A DNA stretch of 58,717 nt from a virus (Duplodnaviria > Caudoviricetes). Below the pieces are notes generated by a model. That model had not been told where the DNA came from, made no database searches, and saw only the letters and a program-made list of their open reading frames with translations. Below, piece by piece: positions 47,077 through 56,185 of this stretch; positions within the stretch are counted from its first letter, which is position 1, and each line of letters begins with the position of its first letter. Made by a program: the position numbers and the translations under genes. The stretch is taken from the IMG/VR virus record IMGVR_UViG_3300048851_000095, positions 1-58,717 of that record; one strand, 5' to 3'.

Positions 47077-47423
47077 CCGAACCGTGCGTCGACCTGCTCT
47101 GCGAATACGCCGTCATCCGCGGCCTCGACCTCGCCGCCCGCCGGAGCCCAGCCACCGGCCGACACAACGGCGCCCGGAAGCTTGGCACCGCGACCGCCTA
47201 CCTCACCCACACCCGAATCCGACTCGCCGCCAACGACTCAGACTGCGACAAACTACTGCGCGGCGCCTGGGACCTCCTCATCCCCGTGCTGCCTGAACAC
47301 CTCGCCGGCCGCATCGTCACCGCCATCGACACCTACACCCGACAGTTGATCCTCACCCAATCCCCACCCACCGCAGACACCTTGCGCCCGTATATCGAGG
47401 TCGCCTGTGAGCCCGCGACCTGA
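47073..47423 (+). CDS. Hypothetical head-module protein
   Basis: ATGA-coupled to portal; LL.GAWD motif. Confidence 0.65.
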   Translation: MTEPCVDLLCEYAVIRGLDLAARRSPATGRHNGARKLGTATAYLTHTRIRLAANDSDCDKLLRGAWDLLIPVLPEHLAGRIVTAIDTYTRQLILTQSPPTADTLRPYIEVACEPAT

Positions 47424-49548
47424 CAAACACATCGCTGCACGGCTCAACTCCGCCCGTCTGCACACCAAACACGAACGGGCCACCGAAACGGTTGTCCTCA
47501 AAGCCATGTCGGAGTGGCTCGACGCCGCCCGCTACCTCCTACTCCGCGAAGTCCGAAACACCCTGCCCGGCCTGACCGCCGCCTCCTACCCACCACCCAT
47601 GGCGGCGATCGACTCAGTCGTCGCGTCGTACAACACATGGCGGCAGCAAACCAACGCAAACGTCCTCCCAGCCATCGGTGTCGCGTTCGGTGAAGCCTTC
47701 CAACAGGTCCGCCGCGGCGCTGAATACAGCTCCTACCGGTGGGAACAGGCCTACCTCGCCGAGGTATCCGACCGCCTGAAGATCTGGCCCGAAGGCGCAT
47801 TCGAAGAACTCCGCCCAGAACTGTTGGAAGCGCTGTCCGAAGCGGAGGACTACCGACAAATCACCGAACGGGTCGGCCGGATCCTCAACATCGACGCAGC
47901 GACCCGCGCGATCCGCGCCGACATCAACGACGTCGACAACCAGCTGATGGACCCCGACCTCGACCCAGCACGCAAACCACTCCTCGAGGCCCGCCGCCGC
48001 CGGCTGTGGGAAGAGCACGACGAAAGCCTGGGGGAATGGCAGTGGAAAGCCCGACGCATCGCCCGCACCGAAATCCACGGCGCGATCCTCGGTGGACGTC
48101 TGGCTGCAGCCCGCGCGGCGGAGATCGCGACCGGCGACTCGTTGTGGAAGCGGTGGCTGTCGACGGACGACTCCCGAGTCCGCCTGTCCCACAGAGTTGC
48201 TGACGGGCAGGTAGTGAAACTCGCTGAGCCGTTCCGCGTCGGGGGATACCTGCTGCTGTTCCCGGGCGATCCGATAACGATTGCACCTCACGAGACGATC
48301 AACTGCCGCTGCGACCTGAACTTCCTCGACTACGACGAACTGCAAGACGAGTTGCAGGGCCCCGACGGATCGATGGGGGAGATCCGGCCCGGCGGGATCC
48401 GTATCGGGCCGGACGATCCCGACGATGCGGACGCCGCGATCGATGCACTGGCCGATGAGACTCGGCGCCCTCGAACACCCAGGGCTCGCGGCGAAGACCA
48501 CGGCCAGCAACTGCTGGCACGCTCGGACCCGGTGGCGGTGGATCCCGACCACAAGCCAGAACGCCCTCTTCCTGACCTTTCGGGGTTGACCGACGAGCAA
48601 CTTACCCAGGCGATGTTCGACGCCGAGGATGACGAGCTGTACGAATACCTTGCCGCCGAGGCGGATCGGCGGGCGGACATGTTTGACGACGAACCCGAGC
48701 TCGACGGCGACGACACTGAGCTGGATGACGAGCCGCTCGAGGATGAGTACCCCGTCGAACAGATTGAGGCGTGGCTGGCAGCGGAGGACGAATACACCGC
48801 CGACGTCGAGGACTGGCTGGTCGCCGAGCAGCAATACCGCGCCGAGGTTGATCAGTGGTTGGTCGCCGAGACGAAGTGGAAGCAGGACGTGGCAGCCTGG
48901 CTCACCGCCGAACAGGCCTGGATTGACGACCCACTCCCGGCCCTGCCACACAAGGACCTGACCCACTACGACCTCACCGACGACCTCGACTCCAGGCTCG
49001 ACTTCAACAACGACATCGGCCGAGCAAACCCGAACTATGCACACGGCACCGAGTGGCAAGTCAACTGCCAACGCGTAGTCCAAGCCTTGGAGCTGCGCCG
49101 CCGCGGCTACGACGTCACCGCCGAACCCGCCCACAAAGGCAGCCCAGGGTTCACGGCAACGACATACACCTACAGCGACTACCTCGCGACGGGAAAGCTC
49201 TACAACCTGGACCACTACGGCCGCCTGTGGCGCGAACGTGACGGCACTGTCCGAGAATTTATGAGCAGCGGCGGGAAAGCCGCGACGCTCAAAGCGATCG
49301 GCAAACTATCGGCCGGCGCCCGCGGATGGATCAGTGTCATCTGGAAGGGCGGCGCGGGTGCCCACATCTTCTCGTGGGAAGTCCGGATGGAAAAGGGTGT
49401 CAAGGTTGTGCGGCTGGTCGACGGTCAAACGACGGACTTCGATGTCATCAGCTATCTCGACGACGCCGAGCGGGGGTCGATTAAATGGATGCGCGTCGAC
49501 GATCTGATGCCCACCGAGGACGCTACTTCGATGGTGCGCGTCCCGTAG
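47407..49548 (+). CDS. MuF-like minor head protein fused to papain-fold (Tox-PL/glutamine deamidase-like) toxin domain
   Basis: IARTE, KRW..T.D.RVR.SH..ADGQ, INCRC (MuF); NC..V.A.ELRRRGYDV, AHIF, DGQ (Cys-His-Asp). Confidence 0.85.
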   Translation: MSPRPDKHIAARLNSARLHTKHERATETVVLKAMSEWLDAARYLLLREVRNTLPGLTAASYPPPMAAIDSVVASYNTWRQQTNANVLPAIGVAFGEAFQQVRRGAEYSSYRWEQAYLAEVSDRLKIWPEGAFEELRPELLEALSEAEDYRQITERVGRILNIDAATRAIRADINDVDNQLMDPDLDPARKPLLEARRRRLWEEHDESLGEWQWKARRIARTEIHGAILGGRLAAARAAEIATGDSLWKRWLSTDDSRVRLSHRVADGQVVKLAEPFRVGGYLLLFPGDPITIAPHETINCRCDLNFLDYDELQDELQGPDGSMGEIRPGGIRIGPDDPDDADAAIDALADETRRPRTPRARGEDHGQQLLARSDPVAVDPDHKPERPLPDLSGLTDEQLTQAMFDAEDDELYEYLAAEADRRADMFDDEPELDGDDTELDDEPLEDEYPVEQIEAWLAAEDEYTADVEDWLVAEQQYRAEVDQWLVAETKWKQDVAAWLTAEQAWIDDPLPALPHKDLTHYDLTDDLDSRLDFNNDIGRANPNYAHGTEWQVNCQRVVQALELRRRGYDVTAEPAHKGSPGFTATTYTYSDYLATGKLYNLDHYGRLWRERDGTVREFMSSGGKAATLKAIGKLSAGARGWISVIWKGGAGAHIFSWEVRMEKGVKVVRLVDGQTTDFDVISYLDDAERGSIKWMRVDDLMPTEDATSMVRVP

Positions 49549-49582
49549 ACGTGCGACTATGGGGAATTGAAAGGATGAATTG

Positions 49583-49840
49583 ATGACTGCAACGACCAGT
49601 TCCATTGCCGACGCTGTCCAGCGGGCGGCTGCCGCGTACCCAGATCGTGATGTGCGTGGCTCCGGGTGGGACAGCGGCGATGCGTTCATCCTCGTCACGG
49701 ACAACCCCGCCCTACCGCCCGCGATGCGCGACGCGGAAGAGGACAAACTCCTTGTGCGAGTAGCGAAGTCGACCGGCGAGGTGACCGCGGGTACGTACGT
49801 GATGTTCCGCCGGGAGATCGCGTCGGCATCTGAGGTTTAG
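49583..49840 (+). CDS. Putative immunity protein of the MuF toxin
   Basis: Small ORF right after toxin domain; AAAGGA RBS; function by position only. Confidence 0.5.
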   Translation: MTATTSSIADAVQRAAAAYPDRDVRGSGWDSGDAFILVTDNPALPPAMRDAEEDKLLVRVAKSTGEVTAGTYVMFRREIASASEV

Positions 49841-50015
49841 GCAGACAGCCTAACCGCGCAGGTACAACTCGGGTCACGTGAGAGTCCGTCGTGGCTGTCC
49901 TTTGGCCTGATCTCAAGAGGCTTTGACGCGGCCAGGCTGTCGTGCGCTACCCACGATAGCGGTATGCGCTGGATACTGTGGAGGGTATCCACAGCATCTG
50001 CCGCCGGGAGTTATC

Positions 50016-52232
50016 GTGACCGCACCAGCCGAAGTCGACCAGTCGATCGTCGATGCCCCTGTGCCCCAGGACGGACCACCGACGGGCTGGCGTGGCCTGC
50101 TGCTACCACTGAACACAGAGTCCGGTGACGGCCGGATCTTCGAGCTCGCCGACGGCGCCGAACCCGACGTCCGGCCGCTGCCCCTCCCTCTGTGTGCGCA
50201 AGCCGAGATCGGCGACGGACACGACGGCGGCGTCGTCGTCGGGCTGATCGAACGAGTGTGGGTCAAGAACGGTGCCATCCACGGCGAAGGCACCTTCGAC
50301 CTCGCCGACCCCGTCGCAGCGGACTGGGCCCGGAAACTCGGCGACGGATATGCCGGTTGGGTGTCGGCCGACATGGACCGCATCCGCTACACCCAGGTGC
50401 CGTTCGACGATGCAGGTGTCGAAATCCCCGCGGAGCAGATAGCCGAGATCGAAGCACCCGCCGACGTCAAGTATGTGGTGTCGCAGCACCGTCTGATGGG
50501 CGCCACGATGGTGTCGGGGCCAGCGTTCGCTGAGGCGAAAATCGAACCCGTCTGGGGCACCGAGCCTTCCGACCACGAGCTGGTCGCCGCAGCAAACGAG
50601 CAGGTAGACGACGGTAATAATAAAAAAGTGCCGGAAGTTGCATCCGACGACGAGGCCGAGCCCGAGCACAAGGGCGGCATGGTCGCGCTGATCCCCGCGG
50701 CCGACGATGCGAAACGCCTCGCAGTTGACGGCGGCGAACCAGCCGAGGAACTCCACACCACCCTCGCGTACCTCGGCGACGACGTCCGCGGCTGGACCCC
50801 CGAGCAGCAGGCCGCCACCATCGAAGCGGTCCAGCAGGTTCGGCCCGCACCGGTCGAAGGCAAGGTCTTCGCGCACGCACGGTTCAACCCCGGCCCCGAC
50901 GGACCCGACGAATGCGCCGTCTACCTCACCGAAGCCCAAGGCCTCAACGACCTCCGGAGCCGCGTCGTCGCCGCACTCAAAGGCCACCCCGACGTCCCAG
51001 TCGACGACGAAACCGACACCTACGACAACTACATCCCCCACGTCACAGCCGGATACGGACTCGACGTGTCCACCCTCTCCGACGTCGGCCCCATCCGATA
51101 CGACCGACTCCGCATCGCCCTCGCTGGTGTGCACCATGACATTCCGCTCGAGCCCGTCACCGCCGCCCTCGTCGCCGCCGCGATCGTCTACCCACTCGCC
51201 GACTTCGCCGACCCACACCTCGACCAACCCACCGCGATCACCGTCACCGCAGACGGCCACGTATTCGGGCACGTAGCAGACTGGCAAACCTGCCACATCG
51301 GTTTGCCTGGCTGCACCACAGCACCATCCTCAGCATCGAACTACCGCTACTTCCACCAAGGGATCGTCGACACCGACGCCGGCCCCTTACCCGTCGGGAA
51401 ACTGACCCTCGGGACGGGGCACGCAGGACTGAACAAGTCCGCCGCAGCAGCTGCCGCCCACTACGACAACACCGGCAGCGCCGTCGCGATCGTCCGTTGC
51501 GGCGAAGACGCACACGGTATTTGGATGGCCGGCCGAATCCTCCCCGGCACATCCGATGAGGACATCGCCGCGCTGCGCCGGTCAGGGATCTCAGGGGACT
51601 GGCGTGGCATCAACGGCACCCTCGAGATGATCGCGGCGCTGGCAGTGAATGTGCCTGGCTTCCCGATCCCGCGCACCGAAACGTTGGCGGCATCAGCGAA
51701 CCTGACGCTCGTCGCCGCCGGTGTCGTCGCGAACCGGCCGCCGAAGCGCAAGGCACCGAAGGGTGTCGACCCGGCCGAACTCGACGCAGTGTTCGCTGCT
51801 GCTGGACAGCAGGCGCAGGAGGCGTTCGTCCGGACGAGTATCGCGGCCGCCAGGGTGAACAAGGTGCGGGCGCAGGTCGCGGCGGGACGGGTGCAGCAAT
51901 ATCACGAGAGGCGCCGTGACCGACGGTTGTGGTCGGCGGCTGCCGCGGTCGCGCGGGTACGGGTCGATGCCGCTGCCCGCCGGGTTGCGCGCGCTGCCGA
52001 GGGGGTCGACGCTCCGGGTGGCCGGATGCCGCCACAACTCAAGCGGTACTGGCTGTCCGGGCCGGGGCTCGCACGGTGGGCGACCACACCCACCCCGTAC
52101 CGCTCGCTCGTCAAAGCGCTGACCGAAGAGATCCACGACATGACACCCGAACAAATCAACGGTCTGGCCGCGAACCTGTACTTCGCCCACTTCGGGAAAC
52201 ACCCGGGCCAACACGGAAAGGACGACAACTGA
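50016..52232 (+). CDS. Capsid maturation protease with inserted 2H phosphoesterase domain
   Basis: SGDGR, H.G..VG, GWVS.D, AT.V..PAF; HTTL and HVTA 2H motifs; SGDWR, VNVPGFP. Confidence 0.85.
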   Translation: MTAPAEVDQSIVDAPVPQDGPPTGWRGLLLPLNTESGDGRIFELADGAEPDVRPLPLPLCAQAEIGDGHDGGVVVGLIERVWVKNGAIHGEGTFDLADPVAADWARKLGDGYAGWVSADMDRIRYTQVPFDDAGVEIPAEQIAEIEAPADVKYVVSQHRLMGATMVSGPAFAEAKIEPVWGTEPSDHELVAAANEQVDDGNNKKVPEVASDDEAEPEHKGGMVALIPAADDAKRLAVDGGEPAEELHTTLAYLGDDVRGWTPEQQAATIEAVQQVRPAPVEGKVFAHARFNPGPDGPDECAVYLTEAQGLNDLRSRVVAALKGHPDVPVDDETDTYDNYIPHVTAGYGLDVSTLSDVGPIRYDRLRIALAGVHHDIPLEPVTAALVAAAIVYPLADFADPHLDQPTAITVTADGHVFGHVADWQTCHIGLPGCTTAPSSASNYRYFHQGIVDTDAGPLPVGKLTLGTGHAGLNKSAAAAAAHYDNTGSAVAIVRCGEDAHGIWMAGRILPGTSDEDIAALRRSGISGDWRGINGTLEMIAALAVNVPGFPIPRTETLAASANLTLVAAGVVANRPPKRKAPKGVDPAELDAVFAAAGQQAQEAFVRTSIAAARVNKVRAQVAAGRVQQYHERRRDRRLWSAAAAVARVRVDAAARRVARAAEGVDAPGGRMPPQLKRYWLSGPGLARWATTPTPYRSLVKALTEEIHDMTPEQINGLAANLYFAHFGKHPGQHGKDDN

Positions 52233-52375
52233 TGCCGTGCAACTGCGGACGTGGAAACTCCGTCGCTCATCGGGTGATCCGGCCCGACGGAACGATCAAA
52301 CGGTATGCCACCGAACAGGAAGCCAAAGCCGCCGCTGAGGCGTCAGGCGGAACATACAGGCCAGTTAGCCGCTGA
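52232..52375 (+). CDS. Small CxC protein
   Basis: MPCNCG; GAAAGGA RBS; TGATG coupling. Confidence 0.65.
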   Translation: MPCNCGRGNSVAHRVIRPDGTIKRYATEQEAKAAAEASGGTYRPVSR

Positions 52376-52411
52376 ACCGCTGGTGGCGGGTTACAGTGGT
52401 TCACGAGTAGA

Positions 52412-52459
52412 GCTGCTGGCCTTGGGCCGGGCGTGAACGTTTCACACCCGACAGGAGCA
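52412..52459 (+). promoter_or_regulatory. Conserved late-gene leader hairpin, copy 4 (major capsid)
   Basis: GCTGGCCTTGGGCCG at 52415-52429; inner stem CGGGCGTGAA/TTCACACCCG; TACAGT at 52392. Confidence 0.8.
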
Positions 52460-52464
52460 CCCCG

Positions 52465-54303
52465 GTGGCTATCGAACTCCAGGAACTCATCGAACGCGCC
52501 GCATCTGCGGGCGACGACACCACACCAGCTGACGCGGTAGCAGCCGCCCTCGCCGAAGCGGGCCTCACCCGCCCCGAGGTCGAAGCTCTGCAGAACGAGG
52601 CACTCGAAAAGTTCAGTGCCCTCAAGGCGAAGAACGACACCGAAGGCCTCAGCCCCGCTGAGGTCGACGGCTTCGAACAGCTCGCCGCCGCGATCGAAGG
52701 CACCGCCGCCGAACAGACTCGCCTTGCGGACGTCGACGCCGAGCACCAGGCGCGCCTGGCTGCGATCGCTGACCGCGTGAACAAGTTCGCTACCCCCGCT
52801 GACCCTGAGGGTGACGAGCCCGCCGGCGATGAGCCTGTCGAGCCTGAAGCCGCCACCGAGACACCGGCCGCCGATACCCCGGAGAGCGCCGCCGAGCCCA
52901 CCGATGCCCCTGCCGCCGAGCCTGTCGCGCAGCCGGAAGCCGTTGCCGCGTCGGCGAAAAAGTCGACGAAGCCGTTCAACATCGCGACGATCCGGAACAA
53001 GGCACCCGCCCCGCTCCCGACCAACCCCGGTGGCCTGTCGATCGTCGCCGCCGCCGAGGTGCGTGGCTTCTCCACCGGCCAGGAACTCCACGGAGCGACC
53101 GATCTCGCGAAGGCATTCGCAGCGAAGTTCGCCGGCATGCCGCAGGGCAAAGCCCGTCTCGCCGCCCCCATCCGGTCGGCCGTCGCGAGTTTGCAGACCG
53201 AGTACCCGCCGGAGCTGACTGCCGAATTCCAGGACGACACGAACGTCGTCGAACACGCAGCGTCGCTGTCCCGGATCGAAAAGGCCTCCGGCAAAAAGGG
53301 ACTCGACGCCCTCGCCGCTGCCGGCGGCTGGTGCTCGGTGTCGGAGGTGTCCTACGACCTGGCCGAGGACCTCACCAGCGATTCCGCCGGCCTGATCGAC
53401 GTCCCCGACGTCGCGACCCCCCGTGGCGGTATCCGCACCCCGATCACCCCGGACTACTCGAACGTGTTCGCCGAGGACGTCGGCATCATCCGCACCGAGG
53501 CCGAAGAGGACCCGATCGACCCGGAGGATTACGTCGAGAAGCCGTTCTACGAGGTGCCCTGCACCACGTGGGTGGAGTCCCGCGCCGGGATCGTGTTCAC
53601 CGGTGTCGAATCCGGCATCCTGCAGGACAACGCCTACCCGGAGCTTGGCGCCCGCCACGTCAGCCTCGCGACGTCGGTGCATCGTCACCGCTACAACCAG
53701 AAGTCCATCGCGCTGATGGAAGCGGGGTCGACCGCGTGGTCCGGCCTCGGGTTCGGCCCGTCGGCCACGAGCGGCATCCTCAACGGTGTCGGGTTCCTGT
53801 CCAAGCACCTGCAGTACAAGTACCGGGCCGAGCCGAACATGCTGCTGGAGTGGGTGTTCCCCGAGTACGTCAAGGAAATCATCCGCGCCGACTACAGCCT
53901 CCGCGCTGGCATCGCGCTCGAGCACGTCACCGACGCCGACATCGACCGGTGGTTCGCTGAGCGCAACGCCCGCGTCCAGTGGGTGTACGACTGGCAGGAC
54001 GCGTACGCCACCGGCGGCAACTTCGGTGCCAGCACGGCTCCGACGGCTTACCCCACCACGGTGAAGGCGCTGGCATACCCGGCCGGCACCTGGGTTCGTG
54101 GCCGCGGTGACGTGATCAACCTCGACGCCATCTACGACACCGCCGGGCTGAAGCGGAACCAGTTCCTCAAGATGTTCTTCGAGGAGAAGCTGCTGGTCCA
54201 CAAGCGTGCGTACGTCTCGTACGTCGCGACGCTGAACCTCGGTGTCTCCGGCACCACGGGTACCGGCCGTGTCCTCGACGCGCAGGGCAAAGTCGCAGCC
54301 TGA
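52465..54303 (+). CDS. Major capsid protein with N-terminal scaffold-like region
   Basis: AAGGWC..SE..YDL, RGGI, GILQ..AYPE, QWVYDWQ resemble cluster-B-type mycobacteriophage capsids. Confidence 0.9.
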   Translation: MAIELQELIERAASAGDDTTPADAVAAALAEAGLTRPEVEALQNEALEKFSALKAKNDTEGLSPAEVDGFEQLAAAIEGTAAEQTRLADVDAEHQARLAAIADRVNKFATPADPEGDEPAGDEPVEPEAATETPAADTPESAAEPTDAPAAEPVAQPEAVAASAKKSTKPFNIATIRNKAPAPLPTNPGGLSIVAAAEVRGFSTGQELHGATDLAKAFAAKFAGMPQGKARLAAPIRSAVASLQTEYPPELTAEFQDDTNVVEHAASLSRIEKASGKKGLDALAAAGGWCSVSEVSYDLAEDLTSDSAGLIDVPDVATPRGGIRTPITPDYSNVFAEDVGIIRTEAEEDPIDPEDYVEKPFYEVPCTTWVESRAGIVFTGVESGILQDNAYPELGARHVSLATSVHRHRYNQKSIALMEAGSTAWSGLGFGPSATSGILNGVGFLSKHLQYKYRAEPNMLLEWVFPEYVKEIIRADYSLRAGIALEHVTDADIDRWFAERNARVQWVYDWQDAYATGGNFGASTAPTAYPTTVKALAYPAGTWVRGRGDVINLDAIYDTAGLKRNQFLKMFFEEKLLVHKRAYVSYVATLNLGVSGTTGTGRVLDAQGKVAA

Positions 54304-54310
54304 GTTGACT

Positions 54311-54353
54311 CCGCCCCGCACCAGCTGACTACCCAGACACTGGTGCGGGGCGG
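54311..54353 (+). terminator. Strong hairpin after capsid gene (terminator or mRNA stabiliser)
   Basis: 14-bp stem CCGCCCCGCACCAG/CTGGTGCGGGGCGG; no U tract. Confidence 0.6.
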
Positions 54354-54386
54354 CATCATCTACCCGCACAACAGAATCGGACAGCG

Positions 54387-55223
54387 ATGACGACCCCGAT
54401 AGACACCCCGACTGGAGCGCCGCCCCTGTATGTGGAGGCCGTTCCCGCTCTCGTACCACCGCGTTATGGGTTGCTGTCTGCCGCCGAGGTAATCCCTGCG
54501 AACGACCCGCACTTCAAACACGGCATCGAGCAGCTCCCGAACCCGACCGGCGAGGTGAAGTACACCGGCTTCGACTGTGGAGAGCCGGCCGATCCGCTCG
54601 AATTCGACTCCGATCTGGCGACGGTCACCTCAGGCCCGATCAACATGTACTGGGGCTTCTCCTGCAAATCCGTCGGCATGGAATCCCTCGACCTCGAAGG
54701 CCGCGTCCTCGCCGGTCTGACCGCGGGGGAGTCCGCCGGCCTTGAGTCGGCGATCTGGCAGGGCTCGGACACCGGTGCCCTGATGGACCTCGATACTGAA
54801 ATCGTATCCGGCACAGCGGTGTCGCTGTCCCGGGGTATCGGGTTGCTGGAGAAGTACTTCTGGCGCAACTACGGTGGCACCCCCGTCATCCACGCGCCCC
54901 GCGAGCTCGGCGCCGCAGCAGCCGAAAAGCATCTGATCGAGTCCGCTGGCGGGAAACTCACCACCCCACTCGGGTCGGTCTGGTCGTTCGGCAACTACCC
55001 CGGCACCACCATCGCCGGTGCCGCACCGGCCGCCGGCACTGTGTGGATCGCCGCGTCCGGTCAGGTGCAGGTTCACCGCGGTGACATCGAATCCTATGGG
55101 GTGCAGTGGTCCACGCGCGGTGACGGTTTCGACCCGCGGAACAACATGATCTTCATGCTCGCCCAGCGGACGGACGTCGTCTCGTGGGACGGCATCACCG
55201 CCGCAGTCCTCGTCAATCTGTAA
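54387..55223 (+). CDS. Minor capsid/head-associated protein
   Basis: YGLLSAA, GE...LE..IW, PVIHA, TPLG; follows capsid. Confidence 0.65.
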   Translation: MTTPIDTPTGAPPLYVEAVPALVPPRYGLLSAAEVIPANDPHFKHGIEQLPNPTGEVKYTGFDCGEPADPLEFDSDLATVTSGPINMYWGFSCKSVGMESLDLEGRVLAGLTAGESAGLESAIWQGSDTGALMDLDTEIVSGTAVSLSRGIGLLEKYFWRNYGGTPVIHAPRELGAAAAEKHLIESAGGKLTTPLGSVWSFGNYPGTTIAGAAPAAGTVWIAASGQVQVHRGDIESYGVQWSTRGDGFDPRNNMIFMLAQRTDVVSWDGITAAVLVNL

Positions 55224-55234
55224 GGGAGACAACA

Positions 55235-55615
55235 ATGCCAACCATCGTGCCCAAGGACGCCGCGGACCGTGAACGTCTGCGGGTCGCGCTCCTCGAAGCA
55301 GCGGGGGATCAGCCGGAACGCGTGCAGTACGACACCAGCGGCCCGGCGCTGGCGTTCAACGTCGACGACGAGCTCGTCGCCGCGATCTCGGGCGATGATT
55401 CCGCCGATGACGACCATCAGGGCGGAAGCGCGCCTGCCACGGTGACCATCGGAGACGTCACCTTCGATACCTCCGAGCAGGATCCACCGGACCGCAATGC
55501 GACCACCGAGGAGTGGGCCGAGTTCATGGCCAAAGTTTCCGGCGCGGACCCGGTCGAGGGAAAGACCCGTACGCAGCTGATCGCCAACTGGGACCAGCTC
55601 AACATCACCGAGTAG
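55235..55615 (+). CDS. Hypothetical protein with PxRNAxxEEWAEF helical domain
   Basis: GGGAG RBS; domain shared with 3186..3623. Confidence 0.65.
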   Translation: MPTIVPKDAADRERLRVALLEAAGDQPERVQYDTSGPALAFNVDDELVAAISGDDSADDDHQGGSAPATVTIGDVTFDTSEQDPPDRNATTEEWAEFMAKVSGADPVEGKTRTQLIANWDQLNITE

Positions 55616-55627
55616 GACGCGTATCTG

Positions 55628-56185
55628 ATGGGGATCATCACCGAGGACTTGTTCGATCTGGCGGGGGTCTCCACCACCAAGCCGGTGCAGTTTGTGCTGG
55701 AGGTGCCGAGGCCGTCTGGCGCGGGGCCGACGGGCATGGTGATGCCGAGGACGGTGACGGTTCACCCGGCGGCTGGGGCGATCACGACGGACGATTTGGA
55801 TCCGGGGCGAGCGACGGTCTATCTCGACGGGCACCACTTCGGGATCGAGATTCCGGCGGTCGGGGTATCAGCGCGGCTTCGGGATCTGATCTTGGACGGG
55901 CTGGCTACGCCGCCGTCTGGGCCGTCGTGGCAGTCGATCGTGGCCGGGATGCTCGAGTCCCTCAATGAGGAACTCGCGGGCACTTATGCCCCGGCTTTCG
56001 CCGGGTCCACGAGCATCGTCACCGACCCGATCACCGGCCGCGTCACCTCGGTGACCGAAGACGGCATCGTCACCACGTTCACCTACAACTCGGACGGCAC
56101 CGTGGCCACCGACACCCGCAACGGCATCACCCGCACCTACACCTACGACGGTGCCGGAAACCTCACAGAGATCGAGGCAGCATGA
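55628..56185 (+). CDS. Putative virion protein with YD-like repeats
   Basis: TTFTYNSDG..TRTYTYDGAGNLT. Confidence 0.6.
   Translation: MGIITEDLFDLAGVSTTKPVQFVLEVPRPSGAGPTGMVMPRTVTVHPAAGAITTDDLDPGRATVYLDGHHFGIEIPAVGVSARLRDLILDGLATPPSGPSWQSIVAGMLESLNEELAGTYAPAFAGSTSIVTDPITGRVTSVTEDGIVTTFTYNSDGTVATDTRNGITRTYTYDGAGNLTEIEAA

Noticed and set aside
52267-54459. Long antisense ORFs (730 aa here; also 47614..49215, 15396..16844, 50103..51296)
   Set aside because: Shadows of real genes, typical of high-GC codon bias
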